Positions 51,512 through 60,522 of a stretch of DNA of 64,000 bases are shown here, in pieces. Within the stretch, counting starts at the first letter, position 1, and each line of letters begins with the position of its first letter. Source of the DNA: a virus; the IMG/VR virus record IMGVR_UViG_3300026263_000200; one strand, written 5' to 3'. The notes below the pieces were generated by a model. The model made no database searches, was not told the origin of the DNA, and saw nothing but the letters and a program-made list of their open reading frames with translations. The position numbers and the translations under genes are program-made.

Positions 51512-53029
51512 ATGACATATTTAAAACAAAAACCAGGTAGTATTGAAGAAGTAATTGCTAAACAGCAAGAACAATATCAAGACCCTAAATACAAAGCAAA
51601 ATTTGACGAAGAATTAAAAAATACTATGGGTGGTATTGGTTCAATGACACCTAAAGAAAAGATAGCATTTTTTAATAAAGTGGAAGAAGAATGGAAACCT
51701 TCTACTGGAAAACACGCTGATGAACAGTTGATGAAAGACTTTATTGACAAAGGTGGAAAAGTAGAAAAGATACCTGAAAATAAAAGAGCATATAATGGCA
51801 ATAGAATTAAACCTCATTTAGCAAACAAAAAGAATTTAGCAAGACAAGAAGCAATGACGGAAGAAACTGTTTCAGAAGCAATGCCAGGTGGAGCTAATTC
51901 ATCTTCAAGACGAGGAAGTGCTTCAAGTGGTGTTAGAAAAAAATATAGATTTGGTTATAGAGTTGCTGAAAAACAACCTAAAGGCAAAGATATAGAAGAA
52001 GAATTTTCTCAACAACTAATTAAACAAGCATATGGTATATTAAATGACCCTAGATATAAACAAGGTAATTATACAGGTGCTGTTAATGCTATTGAAAAAC
52101 TTGCAAAAGGATTATCAAAACATCCAGACGTTGCTAACGCATTAAAAAGAGCAAATGAATCAGTAGAACACGAAAGTGCTTTTGCTATTTCAGGTGTAGA
52201 AACACAAAGACCTACAGAAGATATGCAAGAAACAATAGACGCAGGCGAAGTATCTAAAATGAAAGACAAGAAAAAAGAAGTAGATTTTAAAACTGCTAAC
52301 GTATCTACTACTGAAACGATTGACGCTGGAGAAGTTTCTAAAATGGCAGATAAGAAAAAAGAAGTTAAGTTTAGTACAGCAAATGTATCTACTACAGAAG
52401 ATAAAAAAGATCCAAAAAAAGAAGTTATTGGTACTGATAAATCAGAACCATCAGCAAATTTAGAAAATATTATCAGAAATATTTGGAATAAAGCAGCTAA
52501 TGAAACAGCAGAAAGAGGAGACTCTCAACTGTTGCCTACAAGAAATGAAAGCAAAATTCCACCTATTGCAAAAGATAATAAACCAGGTGTAAAGATTGCA
52601 AAGATAAGAGCGACAAGGGATGCTAAAGATGGTAAAGAACCAGGTGCTAAAGACCCTACAGCAATGGAGAAACAAATTTTAACATTGCAAGGTCAAGTTA
52701 ATGTATTAAAAACAAAATTAGAAAATGAAAAAGGTAAAGTAGTTAAACCTGTTGCAGATAAAGAAACAGGTCAAGTACCTTTAACAGTTGGACTAGCACA
52801 TAAACTTTTAAAAGATAAAGCTGAAAAAGAAGACGATAAAAAAGAAACTAAAACAGAAGCAGTCAGTCCTTATAAATTAAAATATGAAACTTTAAGAGCA
52901 AGAATTAAAGAAACAAAAGAAAAAGAAAAACTTGCTAAAAAGAAAGATGAACCTACCAAGGGTAGAACAATGACTGGAAATCCTGCTTCAAAAGTAAATA
53001 CAGATCCAGAGATAAACTATAATACCTAG
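51512..53029 (+). CDS. Charged low-complexity protein, probable internal head/core protein
   Basis: TATAAATA at 51499-51506; K/E-rich; internal repeat. Confidence 0.6.
   Translation: MTYLKQKPGSIEEVIAKQQEQYQDPKYKAKFDEELKNTMGGIGSMTPKEKIAFFNKVEEEWKPSTGKHADEQLMKDFIDKGGKVEKIPENKRAYNGNRIKPHLANKKNLARQEAMTEETVSEAMPGGANSSSRRGSASSGVRKKYRFGYRVAEKQPKGKDIEEEFSQQLIKQAYGILNDPRYKQGNYTGAVNAIEKLAKGLSKHPDVANALKRANESVEHESAFAISGVETQRPTEDMQETIDAGEVSKMKDKKKEVDFKTANVSTTETIDAGEVSKMADKKKEVKFSTANVSTTEDKKDPKKEVIGTDKSEPSANLENIIRNIWNKAANETAERGDSQLLPTRNESKIPPIAKDNKPGVKIAKIRATRDAKDGKEPGAKDPTAMEKQILTLQGQVNVLKTKLENEKGKVVKPVADKETGQVPLTVGLAHKLLKDKAEKEDDKKETKTEAVSPYKLKYETLRARIKETKEKEKLAKKKDEPTKGRTMTGNPASKVNTDPEINYNT
52229..52396 (+). 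repeat. Tandem 84-bp (28-aa) in-frame duplication
   Basis: ETIDAGEVSKM(K/A)DKKKEV(D/K)F(K/S)TANVSTT twice. Confidence 0.9.
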
Positions 53030-53044
53030 GAGGCAATTCAGATT

Positions 53045-53539
53045 ATGCCTCTTCCTAAACTCTATTGTGATATGGATGGTGTCTTGGCAAACTTTAAAAA
53101 AGGTGCTGAGATAGCAACAGGAGTTCCTATCAGTCAATGGATGAACCTCACAAAAAAAGATAAGTGGAACCCAATCAGAAATGATAAAACTTTTTGGGAA
53201 ACATTACCGTGGATGCCAGATGGTAAACAATTGTGGAACTATATCAAAAAGCATTCGCCAGATATTCTATCAGCATATGTAGATAAAAATGTAGACCCTA
53301 ACTGTATACCAGGTAAAAGTAAATGGTGTAGAAGTCAATTAGGTTTAAGTGGTAGAAGAGTTAATCTTGTAAAGAGAAGTCAAAAACAAAATTATGCTCA
53401 GACTGGTTATAGAAGTCCTGCCGTATTAATTGACGATTACAAACCTAATACAGATAGTTTTACACAACGTGGTGGTATCGGAATATTTCATAGAAATTCA
53501 GCTAATACTATACGAGAGCTAAAAAAGCTAGGTTTCTAG
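53045..53539 (+). CDS. HAD-superfamily phosphatase (5'(3')-nucleotidase-like)
   Basis: YCDMDGVLANF, ILSA, LIDD. Confidence 0.85.
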   Translation: MPLPKLYCDMDGVLANFKKGAEIATGVPISQWMNLTKKDKWNPIRNDKTFWETLPWMPDGKQLWNYIKKHSPDILSAYVDKNVDPNCIPGKSKWCRSQLGLSGRRVNLVKRSQKQNYAQTGYRSPAVLIDDYKPNTDSFTQRGGIGIFHRNSANTIRELKKLGF

Positions 53540-53616
53540 CACACCTTCCCATTATAAATATACACATATATTAAGAATTGAGTACTTTAACAATTTAATT
53601 TAAAGGAGAGAATACT

Positions 53617-53898
53617 ATGTCATCACATTCAAGTGCAGACTCGGCGGCTGGAGCACCATTATGGGCTTGTGCTGCTGCTAAATTAGCATTCACGTCAGCA
53701 AATAGAACAAACTTATTTGAAGACGCAACTGCTGATAATTTTATTACTGGAATAACTTTAGGGTTATTTAACTATGCGGATGCTCAAGTACCAGCAGGTG
53801 CTGGACACGCAGGTTGGAACTTAAAGACAACTGGTTCTGGTGGTAGAAGCGGAAGAGTACAGTACGAAACGATAGTAGCATTAACAAACGCTGCTTAA
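53617..53898 (+). CDS. Small putative virion protein
   Basis: TATAAATA at 53553-53560; AAGGAG RBS; HAGWN..GGRSGRVQYETIVA. Confidence 0.6.
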   Translation: MSSHSSADSAAGAPLWACAAAKLAFTSANRTNLFEDATADNFITGITLGLFNYADAQVPAGAGHAGWNLKTTGSGGRSGRVQYETIVALTNAA

Positions 53899-54007
53899 TA
53901 ATCAATATTATAGGGGCGATTCTTTATAGGGTTGCCCTTATAAATAATATTATGATGTAGGAATTACCTACAGTAGCATTCCCGAAAGGGTTAATAGGAG
54001 ATAACAA

Positions 54008-54469
54008 ATGGCAGACAAAAAAGTCACCCAGCTTACCGATTTAGGTAACGCATTAGCAAGTGTGGATTTATTCCACGTAATTGACGATCCATCAGGAACG
54101 CCAATCAATAAAAAAGTATCAGCAGCAAGTATATTTAATAACGTACCAACGTTTTTAGCTCTTGCTCAAGCATCCCAATCATTAACAGCGACAGGTTCTG
54201 GAACTTTAGTTGCAGACGTAGAAAGTGCTGTTACAGAAGTTGAGGGTACATCAGGAACAGGTGCAGTAACTTTAGCAGATGGTGTTGATGGTCAAATTAA
54301 AATGATTATAGACACAGCAACAGCAGGTACTAACGCAATAACTATAACACCAGCAAATTTAAGAGGCGGAACAACCGTAACTTTAAATGCGCCAGGTGAA
54401 ACAGTTACTTTATTATTTAAAAATTCAAATTGGAATGTAATCGCAGGTAACGGATACGTACTTGCATAA
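54008..54469 (+). CDS. Putative virion structural/fibre protein
   Basis: [12 protein letters not shown] start, T/G/A-rich; TATAAATA at 53939-53946. Confidence 0.6.
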   Translation: MADKKVTQLTDLGNALASVDLFHVIDDPSGTPINKKVSAASIFNNVPTFLALAQASQSLTATGSGTLVADVESAVTEVEGTSGTGAVTLADGVDGQIKMIIDTATAGTNAITITPANLRGGTTVTLNAPGETVTLLFKNSNWNVIAGNGYVLA

Positions 54470-54491
54470 TATATTATAGAAGGAGATAATT

Positions 54492-54704
54492 ATGGATATA
54501 AATTTGGAACAACTTACTTCGGAGAAACTTGGTCTACAAAAAGACTTTGAAACTTTAGGTAAGAATATAAAACAAGTTGAAACTGATTTGGGTCAGATGA
54601 AAGCAAATTTAAATGCAATCAATGGCGCTATTCAACAAGTTAATAAGTTAATAGGAATGGCTGGTGGAGAACCAGTTAAGAAAGCAGATGATAAAAAAGT
54701 TTAA
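54492..54704 (+). CDS. Small coiled-coil protein
   Basis: AAGGAG RBS; heptad pattern. Confidence 0.6.
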   Translation: MDINLEQLTSEKLGLQKDFETLGKNIKQVETDLGQMKANLNAINGAIQQVNKLIGMAGGEPVKKADDKKV

Positions 54705-54816
54705 GATTTTTTATGAAGATAAAGACTTGGACGATTTTGAGGAAGAAGTAATCGCTGACTGTCCTGAAGAGGACACAGCAAAAGAAAAGGAAAAAACAAA
54801 AAATGAAAACGTTTAA
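54688..54816 (+). CDS. Small acidic protein (42 aa)
   Basis: MIKKFKIFYEDKDLDDFEEE; read manually. Confidence 0.4.
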   Translation: MIKKFKIFYEDKDLDDFEEEVIADCPEEDTAKEKEKTKNENV

Positions 54817-55228
54817 ACAACACATAACAGAAGACGGCAAGATGGCTGGAACAGCAACATCTAATGCAGTTGAAGATGGTAATTTAGGCGCTCATAACAT
54901 TTCTGATCCAGAAGTATTAAATAGAGTTAATGCTTTTGTAGGTTCTATTGCAGACGTAGAATTCATTAAACCACAACAAGCGGTAGATAGTTTGAGAGAA
55001 AAACTAAACCGTGTTGGTTTAACTGTTTCTCCAGTTACAATGGAAGGAACATCAGGAAAAGTTAGTGCGAAAGTTAGTCAATTTGGTGGAAGATTTGGGA
55101 AAGATACCGACGGTTCGGATTTAAATGATGATGGAATATCACACAAAAAATCTGGCGGTCTAAATTTAGAAGTTAGTTATGAAACTTTAAAGAACGGTGC
55201 ATCCAAGGTCTACGCTAAGTTAGTGTAG
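54803..55228 (+). CDS. Hypothetical protein with capsid-targeting-like N-terminus
   Basis: MKTFKQHITE resembles the T4 IPIII leader MKTYQEFIAE. Confidence 0.65.
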   Translation: MKTFKQHITEDGKMAGTATSNAVEDGNLGAHNISDPEVLNRVNAFVGSIADVEFIKPQQAVDSLREKLNRVGLTVSPVTMEGTSGKVSAKVSQFGGRFGKDTDGSDLNDDGISHKKSGGLNLEVSYETLKNGASKVYAKLV

Positions 55229-55233
55229 GTCAA

Positions 55234-55596
55234 ATGTTTGAGAAAATAACCAAAGATAATTGGTTGCTTTTTGCTCAGCAAAATTATAGCAACCCTACAT
55301 TGGAAACAAATGTAGAGTTTTTGGAAGATATTAAAAGATTTAAATATCTTAAAAGGTTATTTCGCAAATATAAAACTACAGGTGAAGTTAAAATAAGATT
55401 AATTATTAATCACATTGTAGTATTACAAAATGTTTTTAGTGCAGATGTAGCGATAACTTTATTATTATTTAAGATAGATAGAGAATATTGGTCAGTATTA
55501 AAAACAGTATTGAACTATCTTAAATTACTTTATCAACACGAACTAGGTGACGTTGATGAAGATGAAGATATAAAAGAAATGTTAAAGGAACTTTAA
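55234..55596 (+). CDS. Conserved T4-like hypothetical protein
   Basis: EFLEDIKRFKYLKRLF..LIINHIVVLQNVF. Confidence 0.7.
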   Translation: MFEKITKDNWLLFAQQNYSNPTLETNVEFLEDIKRFKYLKRLFRKYKTTGEVKIRLIINHIVVLQNVFSADVAITLLLFKIDREYWSVLKTVLNYLKLLYQHELGDVDEDEDIKEMLKEL

Positions 55597-56075
55597 TGGC
55601 TAATAGAGCAGTAGATATGTTAATAACTTACCGAGTAGTTAAACTATTGGTAACACCTTGGGAGAAGCAAGAAGCATTTAAACAAGGTATTATTGATAAG
55701 ACAGGTAAAGTATTAAGACCTAATAAAACATTAAAAACAAGTAAAGATAGGAAAGCATATACTTATTTACATAGATTTGTTTTTAATATGAAAAGACTAT
55801 TTAAAAAAGTTGGATTGGGTAGTAGATTTGGTTCTTTTTTTGCTGCTATGGCAATGGTATTAAGGGAAGATAAACAGTTAATGATAAACAAAGACGCTAT
55901 TGAAGCAGGTGTAGTTGAATATTTAAAAGAAACTAACCAATATGAAAATATGTTAAATGAAATAAGAGATATACCAGATATAGATGACGAACCAGTAATG
56001 ACTTGTTTGGGTGTAGGTATCTATGAACAAAATAAAAAATTAGTATCGGAGTATGAATATGCCAAAACATTATAA
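55596..56075 (+). CDS. Conserved T4-like hypothetical protein
   Basis: YRVVKLLVTPW..AFKQGIIDKTGK. Confidence 0.65.
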   Translation: MANRAVDMLITYRVVKLLVTPWEKQEAFKQGIIDKTGKVLRPNKTLKTSKDRKAYTYLHRFVFNMKRLFKKVGLGSRFGSFFAAMAMVLREDKQLMINKDAIEAGVVEYLKETNQYENMLNEIRDIPDIDDEPVMTCLGVGIYEQNKKLVSEYEYAKTL

Positions 56076-56391
56076 AGATATGATGGATGAAATCATCAAC
56101 AAGATTGATGAAGATGATAAAAAAGAAGTCAAAAAAGAAGACGCACCAGCAAATGCAGTAGCACACGGTGGTGTAGATATGAATCCAACTGGTAAGAAAA
56201 GAGTTATGGGTACTTTAAAAAGAAAAGTACAAGAGAGTGATGATAACAACAATGTTGTATTGAAAGGTGTTTTTAAGGTACTAAATAAACTTGAAGATAA
56301 GATTGATGAAATAAGTGGAGTTGTAAAAGAAGAATTAAAAATTGAAACACCTAAAAGAAAAAAGACTATTAAAGAAAAAGCTAGAGTATGA
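56059..56391 (+). CDS. Hypothetical protein
   Basis: Charged ORF containing EDAPANAV; listed as 56053..56391. Confidence 0.55.
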   Translation: MPKHYKDMMDEIINKIDEDDKKEVKKEDAPANAVAHGGVDMNPTGKKRVMGTLKRKVQESDDNNNVVLKGVFKVLNKLEDKIDEISGVVKEELKIETPKRKKTIKEKARV

Positions 56392-56681
56392 AAAGTTTTA
56401 AAGAATTTATAGGTACAACAGGAGTTAGAATAGGAAACTATTCAAATGTACAACCTATAGCAAGTTTAGGTGATGTACCACCTAAAAAAAGAGCAGGTGG
56501 TAAAAATGTTAGAGGTGTAGGATTACACGCAGGTTATACAACATCAACTAATCAAAGACCATTTTTATCTGCTGATCCAAGAGTAGAACCAAAGACTAAA
56601 AAGAAAGAAAATACTATGGGTGGTATGGTTCACGTAAGAGGTGCCCAACCAACTGCTAGTATGAGAACAAGGAAAAAATAA
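56388..56681 (+). CDS. Basic hypothetical protein with capsid-targeting-like N-terminus
   Basis: MKSFKEFI start. Confidence 0.55.
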   Translation: MKSFKEFIGTTGVRIGNYSNVQPIASLGDVPPKKRAGGKNVRGVGLHAGYTTSTNQRPFLSADPRVEPKTKKKENTMGGMVHVRGAQPTASMRTRKK

Positions 56682-57263
56682 ATGGAACTAATAATAAGTT
56701 TAGCAATAAAGTTTTGGATGTGGTCTATAGTAATTTTAGTTATTATAGTAGGACTAATTATCAATTTATTTGATAAGAAGAAACCTAAATGTCATAACTT
56801 TAGTTATAAAAAAATGCCAGTAATGAGAGCTCTACCTATACGAACAAAAGGTAAAGGTTTCTTTAAGGGTATCTTAATGTGGATTCTCACTACAAGAAAT
56901 TGGGAAATCGCAGAAGATTTTGACTACGAAATTAATGACGTTAAATACGTTATACCAGCAGGTTTTAAATTTGATGGTGCAAGTATACCAAAATTCTTGC
57001 ATACATTTTTATCACCAGTTGGAGTACTTTTAATGGGTGGATTGGTACACGATTATGCTTATAAGTATCAGACACTATTAAAAATCAATAAGGCAGATAC
57101 CCTAGGTGTTATATCTCAAAAAAGAGCAGACGAAATCTTTAGAGATATTAATATCGGAGTAAATGGTTTCTATCTTATGAACTACTTAGCATACTGGTCG
57201 TTAAGACTAGGTGGTTTTCTTGCGTGGAACAAACACAGGAAAGTTAACGCTAAGATTAAGTAA
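56682..57263 (+). CDS. DUF1353-like protein with N-terminal TM segment
   Basis: IPAGFKFDGASIP..GLVHDYAY..RADEIF. Confidence 0.75.
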   Translation: MELIISLAIKFWMWSIVILVIIVGLIINLFDKKKPKCHNFSYKKMPVMRALPIRTKGKGFFKGILMWILTTRNWEIAEDFDYEINDVKYVIPAGFKFDGASIPKFLHTFLSPVGVLLMGGLVHDYAYKYQTLLKINKADTLGVISQKRADEIFRDINIGVNGFYLMNYLAYWSLRLGGFLAWNKHRKVNAKIK

Positions 57264-57280
57264 AAAAGGAGAAAAAATAA

Positions 57281-57439
57281 ATGGAGTTTATTACAGGAAG
57301 AATTAAAGAACTAACATCTTTACACGGTGGAGTATTAATCGGTTTAGGTGTTGTGGTTTTATTTTTTAGTCCACTAGCTAAAATTGCTGCTTGGGCAGCG
57401 ATTGCTTACGGCGCTTGGGCTATATTAAAGAAGGACTAA
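57281..57439 (+). CDS. Small two-TM membrane protein (holin candidate)
   Basis: AAGGAG RBS; GGVLIGLGVVVLFF and IAAWAAIAYGAWAIL; read manually. Confidence 0.55.
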   Translation: MEFITGRIKELTSLHGGVLIGLGVVVLFFSPLAKIAAWAAIAYGAWAILKKD

Positions 57440-57443
57440 AACA

Positions 57444-57920
57444 ATGTTTGGCACAATGAAAATGGTTATGGTTGTAATAATGATAGGCGGACTTGCTGGA
57501 GCAGGTATGTATGTTATGAAATTACGATCCGATAATGCTATTTTAAAAGCCAATCAAATTAAACTTGAAGAAGCGGTGAGTTCCCAAAAGGAACTCATTG
57601 CTAAACAGCAAGCAGACTTCAAAGAAATTTTAGAAGCAAATAAAAAATTTAACGAATTAGTTACCGCTCTTAAAAAAGATATAGATGATTTAGATAATAG
57701 ATTTAACAAAGGTGGAAGAGATTTTGGTAAACTTGCAATAGAAAAAACAGAAGCAATTGAAAGAATAATTAATGGCGCAAGTGATAAAGCATTAAGATGT
57801 GTTGAGATAGCAGGTGGGGCACCACTTACTGAACAAGAACTTAACGCAACTGTAAAATCAGAAATCAATAGAGAGTGTCCGAGTATCGCTAACCCGAATT
57901 ATGTACCGTATAATAATTAG
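57444..57920 (+). CDS. Membrane-anchored coiled-coil protein (i-spanin candidate)
   Basis: N-terminal TM, long coiled coil, C-terminal Cys residues. Confidence 0.55.
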   Translation: MFGTMKMVMVVIMIGGLAGAGMYVMKLRSDNAILKANQIKLEEAVSSQKELIAKQQADFKEILEANKKFNELVTALKKDIDDLDNRFNKGGRDFGKLAIEKTEAIERIINGASDKALRCVEIAGGAPLTEQELNATVKSEINRECPSIANPNYVPYNN

Positions 57921-58269
57921 TATATTAGTAGTATTGTTTTTAACAAGTTGCTCAGGTGTTAAAAAGTTAAGTATCTTCAAAGAAGAAGTACCTAGACAGA
58001 AATTAGATTTAGTTAAACCTACTATGCCTGAACTAGAAAAGTTGAAATGGATTATTATTACTTCTGATAATGCAGAAGAAGTATTCCAAAAGATGGAAGC
58101 AGCAGGACTTGATCCAGTAATATTTGGTTTAAGTGATAAAGACTTCCAATTAATCGCAAAAAACTTTGCTCAAATAAGAGCACACTTGAAACACACTAAT
58201 GATTTACTTGACCAATATAAAGAGTATTATGAACCAGACGATAAGAAAAATGAAAAGGAGAAAGAGTAA
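57901..58269 (+). CDS. Lipoprotein (o-spanin candidate)
   Basis: Lipobox LTSC; overlaps the 3' end of the i-spanin candidate. Confidence 0.55.
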   Translation: MYRIIISILVVLFLTSCSGVKKLSIFKEEVPRQKLDLVKPTMPELEKLKWIIITSDNAEEVFQKMEAAGLDPVIFGLSDKDFQLIAKNFAQIRAHLKHTNDLLDQYKEYYEPDDKKNEKEKE

Positions 58270-58460
58270 TGTTTACATTTACAAGTCATAGATATGACAC
58301 AAAACTAAAGAAAAAAGTTGACGAAAAGGTTAAAGCTCAAAAAATTTTAAGACCAGGACAGGAAAGTATTACAATTGTAAAACCTAAAGCGGCAGAATTA
58401 TCTACTGAAGAAAAAATTGTAGAAAAGGTTAAGCCATTAATTACTACAGATAAAAAATAA
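58269..58460 (+). CDS. Small basic hypothetical protein
   Basis: Coupled to the previous gene by TAATG. Confidence 0.5.
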   Translation: MFTFTSHRYDTKLKKKVDEKVKAQKILRPGQESITIVKPKAAELSTEEKIVEKVKPLITTDKK

Positions 58461-58461
58461 A

Positions 58462-58599
58462 ATGGAAAATTGTAAGAACTGTAGTCACGAAGCACATTGT
58501 CCAGAAACTTGTTTTAAATGTGATTGTAAAAAATGTGATTGTTCAATTTGTGAGAAACCAAGACCTAATGTAAAAACAGGAGATGAAATAGTACAGTAA
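58462..58599 (+). CDS. Cys/His-rich microprotein (metallothionein-like)
   Basis: MENCKNCSHEAHCPETCFKCDCKKCDCSIC: 9 Cys and 2 His in 30 aa; read manually. Confidence 0.55.
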   Translation: MENCKNCSHEAHCPETCFKCDCKKCDCSICEKPRPNVKTGDEIVQ

Positions 58600-58763
58600 T
58601 GGATAGTGAAGCAGTATTAATGTTGAGTAGATTGTGGCCAATGCTAGTAGCATTTATATTATTAATAGTTACTTTAGCACAATCACACTATAGAATTAAA
58701 GTGTTGGAAGAGAAAATTAAAGTAGCATTTGAACTTATTAATAAGTTAACAGACAAAAAATGA
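58599..58763 (+). CDS. Small single-TM protein (54 aa)
   Basis: LWPMLVAFILLIVTLA then a coiled coil; TAATG coupling. Confidence 0.55.
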   Translation: MDSEAVLMLSRLWPMLVAFILLIVTLAQSHYRIKVLEEKIKVAFELINKLTDKK

Positions 58764-58838
58764 ACACAATATATACCTTAGCAGGTGTTGTTGCAGTACT
58801 AACAATTGTTATAGTTATAAGTATTTTTATAATTGTTT

Positions 58839-60467
58839 CTATTTAATAGAATAACAATTAATCTTTTCTTTTTTACCTTTAACAGTACAAATACCTAGTT
58901 TATAAAACTTAAAGTCTAAATCTTTTTTAGTATTTTGAGATATTACTATTGTAGTATTGAAATCTTTACTCTTACCTTCCAATCTACTTGCCAAATTAAC
59001 AGCGTCACCAATAACAGAATAATCAAAACGTTGTTCAGACCCCATATTACCTACAAGACACTCGCCAGTATTGATACCTATACCAATGTTTAAAGGTGGG
59101 TCAAACTCTCTACTCTTATTCATCTCCTTAACTGCTCTTCTCATTTGAAATGCAGATAGTACTGCTAGTTTTTTGTGTTCTGGATTATCAAGTGGTGCAT
59201 TCCAAAATGCCATTATACAATCACCCATATACTTATCAATAGTACCACCATTTTTTAATATTATCCCCGTCATTGCAGTTAAAAATTTGTTAACATATCT
59301 GGTAAGTTTTTCTGGATTACCTTTCATAGATTCCGATATAGGAGTAAAGCCACGTATATCAGAAAATAAAAACGTCATTTCTTTTCTTTCACCACCAAGT
59401 TTTAATAGAGATGGATTGTTTTGTAGTTTCTTAACCATATCTGGAGATAGATAGTGTTCAAATTGTTTTTTAATTTGTAGTCTTAATTTATTTTCTTTTG
59501 AATAGTTATTGTATGTTAACTGACCCCATATAATAGAACCTATTACAAGAGGACTAAACCAATCAGTTATGATTAAGTGTTGCGTCCATAGATAAGAACT
59601 TGCAAGTGTTAAATCAAATAAGTATCCACCAAACCATATCGCAGACCACATCACACCACATCTAGGTATAACTATGAGAAAGAATAGAGTACCTAATAAT
59701 ATAAAACCAAATTCAGCATATGGTAACCAATAAGGTCTACTAATAAAATTACCTGACAATAAAGTTTCTGTACTGATTGCCATAATTTCGTGTGTGTTTT
59801 TTAAACCATTAGGAGTAGTTACAAACGTAGAACCTTTGAACGTAGTACCTATGAAAACTATTTTACCTTTTACAGACGACCAATCTTTATCAGTAAAATC
59901 TATTCTAGGAATATGGTGTCTGAAATCTATCCAAATAGTATCTTCTGCTGATGTTTTTGCATTGATAACTTTTAAGATAACTTCAGGTATAGAATTATCA
60001 AGAGGTAATTTTCTTATAGTGCCATCTATATCAACTGGCACACTTACGTTGCCTATTGCTATTGCTTTACGTGAGATACTTTGTAGATTTTTTACTTCAT
60101 CCGTTTCAGTAAGTATGACTGGATATTTTGAAATCATTTTTAAAAACATTTCATCACCACCTAATCTATCTTTATGTGGGAAGACTACTTGAAGAACTAC
60201 TAGAGCGGCACCATTTTTATAAGCATTAATTATGACACGACCAAGTAAATCTCTCTTCCACGGCCATTGCCCATTCTTTTTTAATGCTTTGTCTGATATG
60301 TCTACTAGGACTAAACTCTTTGATTCATAATTTGTACCAAATTTTTGGTAGAAATCAAAGGTGTTTAGTTTTGCTGTTTGTAGTAGTACTGGATTTGATA
60401 AGTATATTCCAAGTAATATAATCAAAGTCAAATATACAGTCCACGATTTAGCCAATATTTTAATCAT
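58839..60467 (-). CDS. Membrane class III adenylate cyclase with CHASE2-like sensor domain
   Basis: VDISD..GQWPWKR (CHASE2), TM helices, FSDIRGFT, IDKYMGDCIMAFW, GNMGSEQRFDYSVIGDAVNLASRLE. Confidence 0.93.
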   Translation of the reverse strand: MIKILAKSWTVYLTLIILLGIYLSNPVLLQTAKLNTFDFYQKFGTNYESKSLVLVDISDKALKKNGQWPWKRDLLGRVIINAYKNGAALVVLQVVFPHKDRLGGDEMFLKMISKYPVILTETDEVKNLQSISRKAIAIGNVSVPVDIDGTIRKLPLDNSIPEVILKVINAKTSAEDTIWIDFRHHIPRIDFTDKDWSSVKGKIVFIGTTFKGSTFVTTPNGLKNTHEIMAISTETLLSGNFISRPYWLPYAEFGFILLGTLFFLIVIPRCGVMWSAIWFGGYLFDLTLASSYLWTQHLIITDWFSPLVIGSIIWGQLTYNNYSKENKLRLQIKKQFEHYLSPDMVKKLQNNPSLLKLGGERKEMTFLFSDIRGFTPISESMKGNPEKLTRYVNKFLTAMTGIILKNGGTIDKYMGDCIMAFWNAPLDNPEHKKLAVLSAFQMRRAVKEMNKSREFDPPLNIGIGINTGECLVGNMGSEQRFDYSVIGDAVNLASRLEGKSKDFNTTIVISQNTKKDLDFKFYKLGICTVKGKKEKINCYSIK

Positions 60468-60491
60468 CTAGTATATTTAGTACAGATATTT

Positions 60492-60499
60492 TATAAATA
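60492..60499 (+). promoter_or_regulatory. Late promoter TATAAATA for the csgF operon
   Basis: Exact consensus in the 55-bp divergent gap. Confidence 0.75.
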
Positions 60500-60522
60500 T
60501 ATACATCAACGAGAGAGAGAAA

